Shown in pieces: positions 1 through 9,502 of a stretch of DNA of 64,000 bases (the first letter of the stretch is position 1; each line of letters starts with the position of its first letter). The stretch spans positions 1-64,000 of the forward strand of contig CAYLJV010000004.1 of NCBI GenBank assembly GCA_964384105.1, given 5' to 3'. The translations under genes were made by a program, and so were the position numbers. Origin of the DNA: Candidatus Hadarchaeota archaeon (GTDB lineage Archaea; Hadarchaeota; Hadarchaeia; Hadarchaeales; JAGGTB01). The notes below the pieces were generated by a model. The model was not told the origin of the DNA. It did no database searches and saw only the letters and a program-made list of their open reading frames with translations.

Positions 1-118
1 ACCCTGGGCGAAACTAGAGACGAGAATCTCCATCAAGATTTACGCAACACAGCAGATCGTTCTGGTTGAAGGAAGTGTCCATGGATTTGAGGTTAAGGTT
101 TGTCTGCTTTTTCGGATT

Positions 119-394
119 TTACTTTGAGTTTTTGAGGACTTCAGAGAATTCTTCAGGTAGCTCTGAATCTATGTAGATACACGTCATAGTGTTTTTAACT
201 CCTTTTATATTCCTGATTTTGTTTACGGTAGTGTCCAAGATATCTCTTATACTACTGCCACTAGTTTCGACTTTAATATCATATGGTCCGGTAACCATTT
301 TCGCTTCTTTTACACCCTTTAGCTTTCCGATTTCTTTATGGACCTTCTCCATAGAACCTGCACTCGTTTTTATGAGAACCATAGCGCCTACCAA
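119..394 (-). CDS. Lrp/AsnC ligand-binding (RAM) domain protein, no HTH
   Basis: AMVLIK...GVKEAKMVTGPYDI...IRNIKGVKNTMT pattern typical of stand-alone AsnC C-terminal domains; GGTGA RBS-like site upstream. Confidence 0.85.
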   Translation of the reverse strand: MVGAMVLIKTSAGSMEKVHKEIGKLKGVKEAKMVTGPYDIKVETSGSSIRDILDTTVNKIRNIKGVKNTMTCIYIDSELPEEFSEVLKNSK

Positions 395-526
395 GCGAAA
401 TTCACCACTTACTATTTATCTTCGACTCAACGTTAAAATCTTTTTATTAAAATTTAATAAATGTTAATAAATATTATTACTTTTTCGACAAAAAGTTAAA
501 GGGAGTAGCTGACGAGTGAGCATGAG

Positions 527-1780
527 GTGGTTACAGTTTTTCTAGCCTACTATGTTAAACCTATTTATCCCTTGATCAAAAAGACAGAACTGAATCTTAT
601 GATGCCAAGATCCGTTTTTAGGAAAGTTGAGACGCTCCATGAGGTTGACAAGAAGGTTTACCACCGTTTTAATACTTCCGACCATGCTTTCAATCTGATT
701 TCTTATGAGGATAAGGGCGAATTGGATCCATTTGGATTTTTGGAAAAAATGTCTTCTGTAGAGGCCGAAAATATAGAGAAAGGTTTGAAAAATAAGTCGA
801 GAGAGGATTACGCTCTTGGCAAAGGGGCACAAGCTATAAACCTTATTGTAGGTGCGTACGGTCAGGATACTGAAAATCAACTGCATTTAAAATGGAATCC
901 ATTGTTTGTTCCTTCTCATATGAGAGATTCTCCTCCAGATCGAACTCCGGAGCAGTGGAGTGATTCTATTAGAGAAGCGGCTTTCTTCTACGGTGCAGAT
1001 CTAGTAGGTTTTGCTAATTTAGACCGAAGGTGGGTTTATTCTGAAAATATCTACAAGCCGATTGTATTTGATGATGTTGATGAACCTGATGAGACAGATG
1101 ATGAACTCATTATTCCTGAAAAAGTCGATAAAGCGGTCGTTATGGGGATCTCCATGACCGAAGAAATGCTCAGGACCTCACCAAATCAACCCGCCGCAAC
1201 TACTACAGATTGGGGGTACTCCGAAATGGCAATTGCATCTGTTTCTCTCGCGGAATTTATAAGGGCAATGGGCTATGAAGCGATTCCCTGCATGAACGAT
1301 ACTGCTTTAAGTATCCCTCTCGCGATAGATGCTGGTTTAGGTCAGCTTGGAAGAAACGGGCTTCTTATTACACCGGAATATGGAGCAAACGTGAGACTAT
1401 GTAAAGTATTGACGGATATGCCGGTGGCTACTGACTCCCCTATTGATTTTGGAGTCACGAAATTTTGTGAAAAGTGTAATGAATGTGCTGAGAAGTGTCC
1501 TGCTGATGCGATCAGCTTTGAGAGCCGGACTTTTGAGGCGGTATGCGAATGCAATAATCCGGGAGTTAGAAAATGGCCAGTCGACACTAAGAAGTGTTTG
1601 AGATTTTGGCAAGAAAATGGAACGTATTGCTCAACTTGTCAGGTAGTCTGTCCATTCACTGCGGGTTTTAGAGGCAGTAATTGTCTGAACTGTGATATTT
1701 GTACTCCATCTTTCAAAATAGATACCATCTCCACCTGTCCTTTACAGATGTTATCTAATCTCAGAGATTCCTATCTCTAA
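527..1780 (+). CDS. rdhA: Reductive dehalogenase-like corrinoid/Fe-S protein (RdhA/QueG superfamily)
   Basis: YGADLVG, GYxA, AGLGQLGRNGLLITPEYG, VRLxxVLTD, FCxxCxxCxxxCP and C-x-W-x6-CxxCxxxCPF motifs; true start may be at about 599. Confidence 0.8.
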   Translation: MVTVFLAYYVKPIYPLIKKTELNLMMPRSVFRKVETLHEVDKKVYHRFNTSDHAFNLISYEDKGELDPFGFLEKMSSVEAENIEKGLKNKSREDYALGKGAQAINLIVGAYGQDTENQLHLKWNPLFVPSHMRDSPPDRTPEQWSDSIREAAFFYGADLVGFANLDRRWVYSENIYKPIVFDDVDEPDETDDELIIPEKVDKAVVMGISMTEEMLRTSPNQPAATTTDWGYSEMAIASVSLAEFIRAMGYEAIPCMNDTALSIPLAIDAGLGQLGRNGLLITPEYGANVRLCKVLTDMPVATDSPIDFGVTKFCEKCNECAEKCPADAISFESRTFEAVCECNNPGVRKWPVDTKKCLRFWQENGTYCSTCQVVCPFTAGFRGSNCLNCDICTPSFKIDTISTCPLQMLSNLRDSYL

Positions 1781-1841
1781 CTAAATTCAGATTGTCCTAT
1801 AGTTAATTTCTGTTAAAAAGATTTGAATGAATGACTTTAAG

Positions 1842-1918
1842 TGGTGCGGCCGGCGGGATTTGAACCCGCGTATCGGGCTTGGAGGGCCCGAGTCTTAGGC
1901 CAACTAGACCACGGCCGC
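1842..1918 (-). tRNA. tRNA-Gly(TCC), CCA encoded, with unusual C33
   Basis: Cloverleaf: GCGGCCG acceptor stem, CGGGC-CCTCCAA-GCCCG anticodon arm, GGTTCAAATCC T-arm. Confidence 0.93.
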
Positions 1919-2154
1919 TCATTACAATTTATCCTAGTGGTATAAATTACATTTCCAAGTTATAGAATCATCTTATCTTTAAGTCTATTCTTACTGAGTC
2001 TAGAGAAATCATTATGGATATTACCTAGAGGTCCTACAAGGTTATCCGCACTTAAATTTTGATAAATAGATCACTAGCTGAAAATTTACTTTCACTGACC
2101 CCTTACGAAAAGTTCTATTTCTTTGTATGATATTAGTAACCTTGGAGATTAGAT

Positions 2155-2235
2155 ATGAAGGTTCCCGCGAGCTGGAGCATGATGACTGCGGAGGAAAAAG
2201 TCCGTTGGATTGAAGAAAATTTAGAAGATGAGTAG
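2155..2235 (+). CDS. Putative 26-aa micro-protein MKVPASWSMMTAEEKVRWIEENLEDE
   Basis: GGAG RBS-like site upstream of the ATG; protein-like composition. Confidence 0.4.
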   Translation: MKVPASWSMMTAEEKVRWIEENLEDE

Positions 2236-2458
2236 GAACTTAATGTTTCTATCAGAGATGTAAACCTCCAAACGCAAGATTGCTATCATAATGTAGTGAG
2301 GACTGATCTATTTTTTAAGAAAAGACCAATTTTGAGATTTCAGGTAGCTATTGTTTCCTGTTTTTAATTTACTAAAAATTGAATTGAAGATTTTGACTCA
2401 ATTATTATTGAATTAGACTCGGACTATAGATATTTCAGAAGGAAGTTAGAAACATTGT

Positions 2459-3130
2459 ATGGTGTTTTATATTTCGACTGGAGGGTTAGTGGGCACAAAG
2501 GAAACTGAGCTTTTTGTAGATCACATGGATAAAGTTATCGTAACTGTCAAAATTATGAAAAATTCTGTGAATCTGTATTGTAGTGATTCGGTAGACTTTC
2601 CTAAAAACTGGCAAACGGAAATAATCAGAGTAGAAAGAGAGGCAGACGAAATAAAACAAAAGATAATACGACATCTGATGGATTCTAGTTCTACTTCTGA
2701 GGTCAAGAGAGATGTTCTGAGTCTTCTTTTCGCTTTCGATGTAATCGCCGAAAATTCCAGGGCTACGGTAGTTAAATTATCCTTTTTGGGTGTCTGTGAT
2801 CCAGATGAAGAAGTGAGAGTGGATCTCCAAGAGATTACGAATTATTTCTACAGTGTTATAACCATTTTGAAAGAAGCAGTTTCGAATATTCTTATGGGTG
2901 AGTATATGGATGCTATAGAGAAATCGAGAGAGGTCGAAAAAGTAGAAGAGAAAGTAGACCAGCTTCGACGAAATAGCTTGTCCCCCAAACTACTAAACTG
3001 GGCTGCAAACGAACCGAATCCTGGAATAGTAGGTCTTTTCATGAATATGGTTGAGAATATAGAAGAAGTTGTCGATCATGCTGAAGAAACTGCCAATATT
3101 GTGAGAAAGATAGCAATCAGTCAATTTTGA
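2459..3130 (+). CDS. DUF47/PhoU-like phosphate transport regulator
   Basis: Two helical repeats with ExEADEIK and EEKVDQLRR, and EEVVDHAEE. Confidence 0.85.
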   Translation: MVFYISTGGLVGTKETELFVDHMDKVIVTVKIMKNSVNLYCSDSVDFPKNWQTEIIRVEREADEIKQKIIRHLMDSSSTSEVKRDVLSLLFAFDVIAENSRATVVKLSFLGVCDPDEEVRVDLQEITNYFYSVITILKEAVSNILMGEYMDAIEKSREVEKVEEKVDQLRRNSLSPKLLNWAANEPNPGIVGLFMNMVENIEEVVDHAEETANIVRKIAISQF

Positions 3131-3286
3131 ATGTTTCTTCGCGGCGAGAGAGCTTTATTAGAAGGAAGTAGACCAGATTGTATGCTACAATACTAATAGA
3201 CTGGAGCATTTTTTTCAGGAGATTTATTGGTTTGTCTCTCGGAATTTTAATGTGATTTATTAATTACATTTCCAAATTTATGCTTA

Positions 3287-3949
3287 ATGAGCTTGAAGTA
3301 TAGTAGAGAAATAAAGAATAAGTTTCCTGAATTAAAAGCATTGACTAGTTTGGTTAAGGGAGTTAACGTAAAAAAGAAATCAGAAAAACTTCAAGATTTC
3401 AAAGAGGAATTGTACAGAAAGGTAAGAGAAGATTACAGTCTAGAAAAATTGAAAAATGTTTCTATTTTTAGGGCATACAGGGATTTTTTCTGGGAAATTA
3501 ATATCGATCCTACCAAGACAAGACCGGCCTCGGAGGCGCTGGTAAGAAGGATATTACAGGGTAAAGAGCTTCCTACTATCAATACTCTGGTTGACGCATA
3601 TAATCTGGCGTCGGTTAGTTCGGGTATACCACTCGCGGCATTCGATAATCATACCTTAGAAGGAGATTTGAAAATGAGATTCGCAAGGGAGAACGAAGAA
3701 TTTCTTGGGATTGGCATGAACAAACCTAAAGTTTTGGATGGGGGCGAAATAGTAATCTCTGATTCGGAGAAACTGATTGCGGTTTATCCCTATAGGGATT
3801 CTGAGGAGACAAAGATTACCACAGAGACAGAGGATGTTCTTCTTATGGTTTGTGGAGTTCCTGGAGTTGAAGGTAAGTTGAAGAAGGCGGAGGATATAAT
3901 GCTCGGTTACGTTACTCGCTTTTGTGATGGGGTTACTGAGAGTGGTTGA
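3287..3949 (+). CDS. B3/B4 domain protein (PheRS beta-subunit-like editing domain)
   Basis: AYRDFFWEINIDPTKTRPASEALVRR, LPTINTLVDAYNLAS. Confidence 0.9.
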   Translation: MSLKYSREIKNKFPELKALTSLVKGVNVKKKSEKLQDFKEELYRKVREDYSLEKLKNVSIFRAYRDFFWEINIDPTKTRPASEALVRRILQGKELPTINTLVDAYNLASVSSGIPLAAFDNHTLEGDLKMRFARENEEFLGIGMNKPKVLDGGEIVISDSEKLIAVYPYRDSEETKITTETEDVLLMVCGVPGVEGKLKKAEDIMLGYVTRFCDGVTESG

Positions 3950-4661
3950 AGATTCCTTCAGAGAAGCCAAAGCAGTTATTTTTGATTTAGACGAAACTTT
4001 GATAGATGCCCCAAAAGGATTAAGCGCAGCTCACAGGGCCATAATTGAAAATTTATTTGATTACCTCAATCTCGATAAGAAAAGATTCTCAATAGACAAT
4101 CTTAATAAAAAATTAGTGGATTTTGATGATCGGATGAATCGAGAGAGGGAGTACGACAGAGATATTTGGTGGCCCGAATTTGTTGAGGAGCTTGGTATTG
4201 ATACCAAATTGAGTCCTTCCCAGATAGAGGGTCTGACAAAAATATATTGGAAAACATATGCAGAAAATGCTGTTCCTTACTCCGATTCCAATCAAGTATT
4301 AGACTACTTAAAAAAAGAAGGTTATCTCCTAGGGATGATTACGGATACGGACGGACCAGGAGTTTCTAAATGGGATCGAATTTTCGATCTAGATTTCTCA
4401 TCTTTATTCGATGCGATTGTAGTGGGGGGAGATGATACCGAAAGATCTAAGCCGGATCCCCGACCTTTTGAGTTGATATGCGATAAATTGAGTCTAAAAG
4501 CAGAGGAATGCGTTATGATAGGTGATAAGCCGTTCACTGACATCAAAGGAGCGAATTCAGTAGGAATGAAAACTATTCTGGTGAGAAGAAGAGAGTGGGA
4601 TTCTGATGGTGAACCTGATCTAACCATCGACTCTTTGACTGAACTAAAGAAAATACTCTAG
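3924..4661 (+). CDS. HAD-superfamily hydrolase
   Basis: FDLDETL, KPDP and IGDKPFTDIKGA motifs. Confidence 0.9.
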   Translation: MMGLLRVVEDSFREAKAVIFDLDETLIDAPKGLSAAHRAIIENLFDYLNLDKKRFSIDNLNKKLVDFDDRMNREREYDRDIWWPEFVEELGIDTKLSPSQIEGLTKIYWKTYAENAVPYSDSNQVLDYLKKEGYLLGMITDTDGPGVSKWDRIFDLDFSSLFDAIVVGGDDTERSKPDPRPFELICDKLSLKAEECVMIGDKPFTDIKGANSVGMKTILVRRREWDSDGEPDLTIDSLTELKKIL

Positions 4662-4789
4662 AACTCTTTGCTTCTGCTTTTAATCGGTATTTCCCTTTTT
4701 TATTTTGAGATAATCTTCAGTGGCCTTTTTCACAGTATCTTAAAGTTTAAACCAGAATCGGAGTTTAAAAACTAGATATTAGGGATATA

Positions 4790-4954
4790 TTATACTCTAA
4801 CATGCCAGTAGCCAGAGTTTTCAGGGAATTCGACCTGATGACAGCAAAGACAGAGGAAGTATCCTCCTTCTCCGTCATCTATCAGTTTCATTAACTTGTT
4901 GCACTGGGGGCATCTCACGGTTTTTGCACCGTCTACGTCGTAAAATTTCACCAT
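4790..4954 (-). CDS. 54-aa zinc-ribbon micro-protein (not in ORF track)
   Basis: MVKFYDVDGAKTVRCPQCNKLMKLIDDGEGGYFLCLCCHQVEFPENSGYWHVRV; AAGGTGA RBS upstream. Confidence 0.7.
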   Translation of the reverse strand: MVKFYDVDGAKTVRCPQCNKLMKLIDDGEGGYFLCLCCHQVEFPENSGYWHVRV

Positions 4955-5230
4955 ATTCTTTCACCTTTAGATTCTTTTAGAATGATTAACATGCTAGAGT
5001 TTTCACTTCCATTCCTTGAATTCTATAAATTTCATTATTCTACTGAGATTCCTTGAAATCTACGTAGTTAATATTCTGGTGGGTATCTGTGTACTTATTA
5101 GTATTTGAACTTTTCCTATTGGGATCTATCACTTTCCTTCAAAAATACCGAAATCAGACTCTTTCTTCTAATATTGTCTGGATTTTTGTGATTTGCACCA
5201 GTTTCAAGTAGTTTGAACTAACAAGAGGGT

Positions 5231-5704
5231 ATGGGAGGTGTAATATTGGATAGGGAGATAGAAGTGGGTGATAAAGCTAAAGATTTTGCTTTGAAAGATC
5301 AAAACGGTAAAAAGGTTGTGCTCTCTGATTTTGAAGGAAACAAGGTTCTGCTTTCTTTTCATCCCCTCGCATGGACCAGCGTTTGCGCCAAGCAAATGAG
5401 TTCCTTGGAAAAGAATTACGAAAGATTGAAGAATTCTGACACTGTACCTCTCGGTATTAGCGTTGATCCCGTGCCTTCCAAAAAGGCTTGGGCAGAGAAT
5501 TTAGGGCTGGAAAAGTTAAAGATACTTTCGGACTTCTGGCCTCATGGTGAGGTAGCTAAGAAATACGGCATATTTAAGGAGAAAGAAGGATTTTCTGAAA
5601 GGGCAAATATAGTGATAAATAAGAACCGAAAAGTAGAATTTTTCAAAGTTTACGAGATTTCCGAAGTTCCGGATATAGGAGAGATAATCAACGTAGTTAG
5701 GTAA
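5231..5704 (+). CDS. Peroxiredoxin (AhpE/Bcp-like)
   Basis: FHPLAWTSVC peroxidatic motif, LSDFWPHGEVAKKYG, SERA. Confidence 0.9.
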   Translation: MGGVILDREIEVGDKAKDFALKDQNGKKVVLSDFEGNKVLLSFHPLAWTSVCAKQMSSLEKNYERLKNSDTVPLGISVDPVPSKKAWAENLGLEKLKILSDFWPHGEVAKKYGIFKEKEGFSERANIVINKNRKVEFFKVYEISEVPDIGEIINVVR

Positions 5705-5856
5705 TATTCTTTCATTGAATTTTCAAAAAGTCTACAGATGGCGGAAGACAGATAATTTTAATTAATTTTTAAATTTTTTTCATATGGTTTCATTAAAAAT
5801 TTTCAGAGGCTTATACCTTGGAGAATAATTTTATTAATATTTCAGATGAAGGCTTT

Positions 5857-6312
5857 CTATTTATGGTAAATAGATTTTATTTCGAATTTATCGGAACTTT
5901 CGGGTAGTAGTTCTCCGAAATAAAGCTTAACCTCTACGCCAGGAAAGCGGTTCAATATAATCTCTTTTGCTTTTTTCAGATCCTCATAGTGTTGATTTAA
6001 CTCTTCTTGTCTTGATGGAAATTCAATGTCATTATAGGCACCACAGTCTTCATGATTTACCAAATAAATAGTCTCAGCCTCATGAAGTTTTGCTGAAACT
6101 TTTGTATCCCTCAGTAGGGAATCACTGTATCCCTCACTTTTTTGTCTGACTAAGTCTTGAACTCCCCCGCCTCTAGTTATAAGGTCACAATCTTTTTCCA
6201 GATTCTTAATGAAATCTCCGATATAATTTCTACCGTCAGCCCTTTGATGGAGTCGAAAGTCTTCACAGGTAATCAAAGCTGCTTCACAACTATTCGCCAT
6301 ATTTTTAACCAT
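5857..6312 (-). CDS. Small beta-carbonic-anhydrase-like protein
   Basis: CxDxR (CEDFR) and HxxC (HEDCGAY) zinc ligands. Confidence 0.7.
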   Translation of the reverse strand: MVKNMANSCEAALITCEDFRLHQRADGRNYIGDFIKNLEKDCDLITRGGGVQDLVRQKSEGYSDSLLRDTKVSAKLHEAETIYLVNHEDCGAYNDIEFPSRQEELNQHYEDLKKAKEIILNRFPGVEVKLYFGELLPESSDKFEIKSIYHK

Positions 6313-6656
6313 CTATTACATCTAACGAGGCACAGTTATTAAAAAAATATAATTATTTAGAACTAGCTATCTTGAGTGAAAATCGGCTTGACCAATTTCT
6401 TTAGAATTTATTGAAATCAGAGCTTCAACTTACAGGTAAATTAAAAATTTTGATTTCTAAAAAATTACCATTAAATTAACAATTTTTACAATATCATTCT
6501 TGCTCTAAAAGTTACAATATGCCAAATCTAACCTCTAAGATCGACTTTTTTGTTTTGAAGAGTATTTGTCAAAATACTTAGAAAGGTCAGTTAAAGTAAA
6601 TTCTGTTTATTATTGAGCACTATAATCTGTGGCTTAGGATTCGAGGTTGACCGCCC

Positions 6657-6800
6657 ATGTGCGCACATAGAGATAGGAAGAGGCTTAATCACCCTTTGCC
6701 CGACTCTTTAATTAAGGAACTTAAAGAAGAGAAAGATAATATTTCTCGGTATATTGAATCCTTAATCAAAAAAGACAATTATAAAACTACACAATCTCCT
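6657..6800 (+). pseudogene. Degenerate ribbon-helix-helix (CopG-like) gene remnant
   Basis: RKRLN..LPDSLIKELKEEKDNISRYIESLIKKD; the ORF runs on antisense into the tRNA with no credible end. Confidence 0.4.
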
Positions 6801-6827
6801 TTTGCTAACTTTTCTGTAGAAAAGTTG

Positions 6828-6904
6828 TGGTGCGGGGAGAGGGATTTGAACCCTCGACAACCGCATCTTCAGTGCGGCGCTCTCCCAAGCTGAGCTATCC
6901 CCGC
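6828..6904 (-). tRNA. tRNA-Phe(GAA), CCA encoded
   Basis: Cloverleaf with CCGCA-CTGAAGA-TGCGG anticodon arm. Confidence 0.97.
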
Positions 6905-7033
6905 TTTCCGATTTAAATTAAACTAGAGCAGTATTTATTTTTTGTATTCAATAGAGTTGTAAATACTTTCTTTTATCCATTTTGTAACCGAAAATCCTAA
7001 AAATAAGTTTTGTAAATTTCATTTCTTGAAGTT

Positions 7034-8413
7034 GTGATTACAATGCCAGAGATAAGCGAAGTTCCCGATAAACCAGAAGACGAGTTTCGAAGAATAAGCG
7101 CCCATACTCACATTAAGGGTCTGGGTCTTGACCAGAAAGGAGAACCACTCGGCGTTTCTGATGGGATGGTGGGACAGAAAAAGGCCAGAGAAGCTGCTGG
7201 GAGAGTAGTTAGTCTTGTTAAGAAAGGGAAGCTCGGTGGACGTTCCGTGCTTTTGGCTGGTCCTCCAGGTACGGGAAAAACTGCGGTGGCTGTAGGAATG
7301 GCTAGAGAGTTGGGTGAAGATGTGCCATTCATCCAGCTTTCAGGTTCTCAGATTTTCTCTGCAGATAGAGACAAAACTGACATTTTGATGGAATCTCTGA
7401 GAAAAGCTTTGGGAATTAGAGTCAGGGAGATGAGAGATGTTTACGAGGGCGAGGTAGTCTCTCTAGATATACAAAGTGCTCAAGCTGCATATAATCCATA
7501 TCAACAAACTGCGAGTGAGGCGACTATAAGCTTGAGAACCCAAGATGAAAAGAAGACTTTAAGGCTGGGCAAGAGTGTTGCTACTTCTCTTCAAAACAAG
7601 CAGATTTCCGAAGGTGATGTTATCCAGATTGATGCGGAGACCGGTAGAATAATGAAGATTGGAGAAAGCCGAGATGCTTGGGAGAACAAAGAGGCGGATA
7701 TTAGCGTTAGCCCAGATTTGGTTGATGTTCCAACTGGTGAGATCAAGAAGGAGAGAGAGTTTGTTTCTACTCTGAATATTCACGAGGTTGACACTCTTCA
7801 TGCGAGACAGAGAGGTGGTCTCAGTTCTTTCTTTGGTGGAGGTGGAATAGAGATAGATGATAAGGTAAGACAGGCTACAAATGAACAAATCAGGAAGTGG
7901 ATAGAGGAGGGCAAAGGAGAACTATTACCCGGAGTTCTTTTCCTTGACGAGGTCCACATGCTCGATATTGAGGCTTTCTCTTTCCTGAACCGAGCTCTTG
8001 AGGAGGAATTCTCGCCGATCGTGATTCTAGCCAGCAACCGGGGAATATCAAAGATAAGGGGTACTGATTATGAATCGCCTCATGGTATGCCTTTGGATTT
8101 CTTGGATAGACTTTTGATTATTGATACTCACCCTTATGAAAAGGAAGAGATCAAATCCATACTGAAAATTAGGGCCAAGGAAGAAGACGCACAAATTGGG
8201 GAGGAGGCTCTGGAATACCTGTCGGGTGTTGGTGCTGATTCCTCTATGAGGTATGCAGTTCAGCTGATTGCTCCTTCTGCTGAAATAGCTTCGGTAAACG
8301 GCCACGAAGAGATTGAGATTGAGGATGCCAAAGAGGCGAGAAGACTTTTCATAAGTGTAGAAGATTCTGTGGATATTCTCAGAGAGTACGAGGAAAGAAT
8401 GCTATCGGGTTAG
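7034..8413 (+). CDS. TIP49/RuvB-like AAA+ ATPase (TBP-interacting protein)
   Basis: AHTHIKGLGL, GPPGTGKT, FLDEVHMLD, SNRG, SPHGMPLDFLDRLLII. Confidence 0.95.
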   Translation: MITMPEISEVPDKPEDEFRRISAHTHIKGLGLDQKGEPLGVSDGMVGQKKAREAAGRVVSLVKKGKLGGRSVLLAGPPGTGKTAVAVGMARELGEDVPFIQLSGSQIFSADRDKTDILMESLRKALGIRVREMRDVYEGEVVSLDIQSAQAAYNPYQQTASEATISLRTQDEKKTLRLGKSVATSLQNKQISEGDVIQIDAETGRIMKIGESRDAWENKEADISVSPDLVDVPTGEIKKEREFVSTLNIHEVDTLHARQRGGLSSFFGGGGIEIDDKVRQATNEQIRKWIEEGKGELLPGVLFLDEVHMLDIEAFSFLNRALEEEFSPIVILASNRGISKIRGTDYESPHGMPLDFLDRLLIIDTHPYEKEEIKSILKIRAKEEDAQIGEEALEYLSGVGADSSMRYAVQLIAPSAEIASVNGHEEIEIEDAKEARRLFISVEDSVDILREYEERMLSG

Positions 8414-8476
8414 CGGTTTAACTGTCCGTTCCAATAAGTTTGAAAAATCGTAAGTAATCTATTTATTGATAGAAAG

Positions 8477-9244
8477 ATGTCCGAGATTAAAATCGGGACA
8501 TGTGGGTACGGCTACTATAATTCCCCTGAAGGATGGGGGAAAAATACGAGAGTAAACTCCAGGCCTATTCTGATGAGTTTGAAGTGGTCGAGTTAAACAG
8601 AACTTTCTATAAACTCCCGATGGTCAAAACCACAGAGAGGTTTTCAGCGGCTTGAGTTTACTTTAAAAACCTGGCAGGCTCTTACTCACCCGGTTAATAG
8701 CCCTACATGGAGAGGTAAAAAAGACAAACTTTCGAAGAAGCAGAAGGATAATTTTGGTTACCTAAGGCCTAGTGAAGAAGTTTCTAACGCTTGGGAAGAG
8801 ACTAAGGAACGGGCTAAGGCTCTAGATGATAGGGTCTGTGTTATTCAAACTCCCGCCAGCTTTGACCGTTCCAAAGAAAATGAAGAGAATATGCGAGCTT
8901 TATTGAATAAAATAGAAAGAAATGGTCTAGAGCTAGCTTGGGAACCTCGGGGAAATTGGAAGGAGAACACAGCCAGAATCAAAGAAATATGTGAAGATTT
9001 GAATCTTATTCATATAGTTGACATAATGAGGAGGAACCCTGTGTCGGATCATAAAATAGCTTACATTAGACTTCATGGTCTTAATCCCGACGAATATGAG
9101 TATGACTACGATTATTCAAGGGATGAATTAAAAGAGCTTGCTGATAAACTCCGGAAATTAGCTGATAATCATAAGCAGGTATATTGTATGTTCAATAATT
9201 ACGAGATGTTTTCTAACGCAAAAGAATTGAAGTCTATTCTCTAG
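8477..9244 (+). pseudogene. DUF72 family gene interrupted by two frameshifts
   Basis: IKIGTCGY in one frame, VVELNRTFYKLP in a second, FTLKTWQALTH...QTPASF...WEPRG...YIRLHG...MFNN in a third. Confidence 0.85.
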
Positions 9245-9253
9245 TTCGTAGAT

Positions 9254-9502
9254 TTAGTTTTCTGGTTTGGGTGGCATATCACTTAATCTCTTCAGAAAAG
9301 TAAGAACAGTTGATTTTCGGCCCCTAATGATTTTTGCCGGCACTGAGAGGTTTTCCGCTACCTTCTTTGCTTCTTCAAAAGAACTGAAGTTCTGTTGATA
9401 TTTATATGGGCTATCTTTCTCTTCTTTTGTCAGGACTATATACACGAAGTGTTCGGGCTCTGTGACTTTTCTTGACATTTTTACTAATCCCCTTTTAATC
9501 AA
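9254..9502 (-). CDS. Hypothetical small protein
   Basis: ORF with RBS-like GGGGA upstream of the ATG at about 9478. Confidence 0.55.
   Translation of the reverse strand: MIKRGLVKMSRKVTEPEHFVYIVLTKEEKDSPYKYQQNFSSFEEAKKVAENLSVPAKIIRGRKSTVLTFLKRLSDMPPKPEN

Noticed and set aside
2188-2205. GGAGGAAAAAGTCC resembling RNase P CR-I
   Set aside because: No GC-rich helices or CR-V nearby; better explained as part of a small ORF
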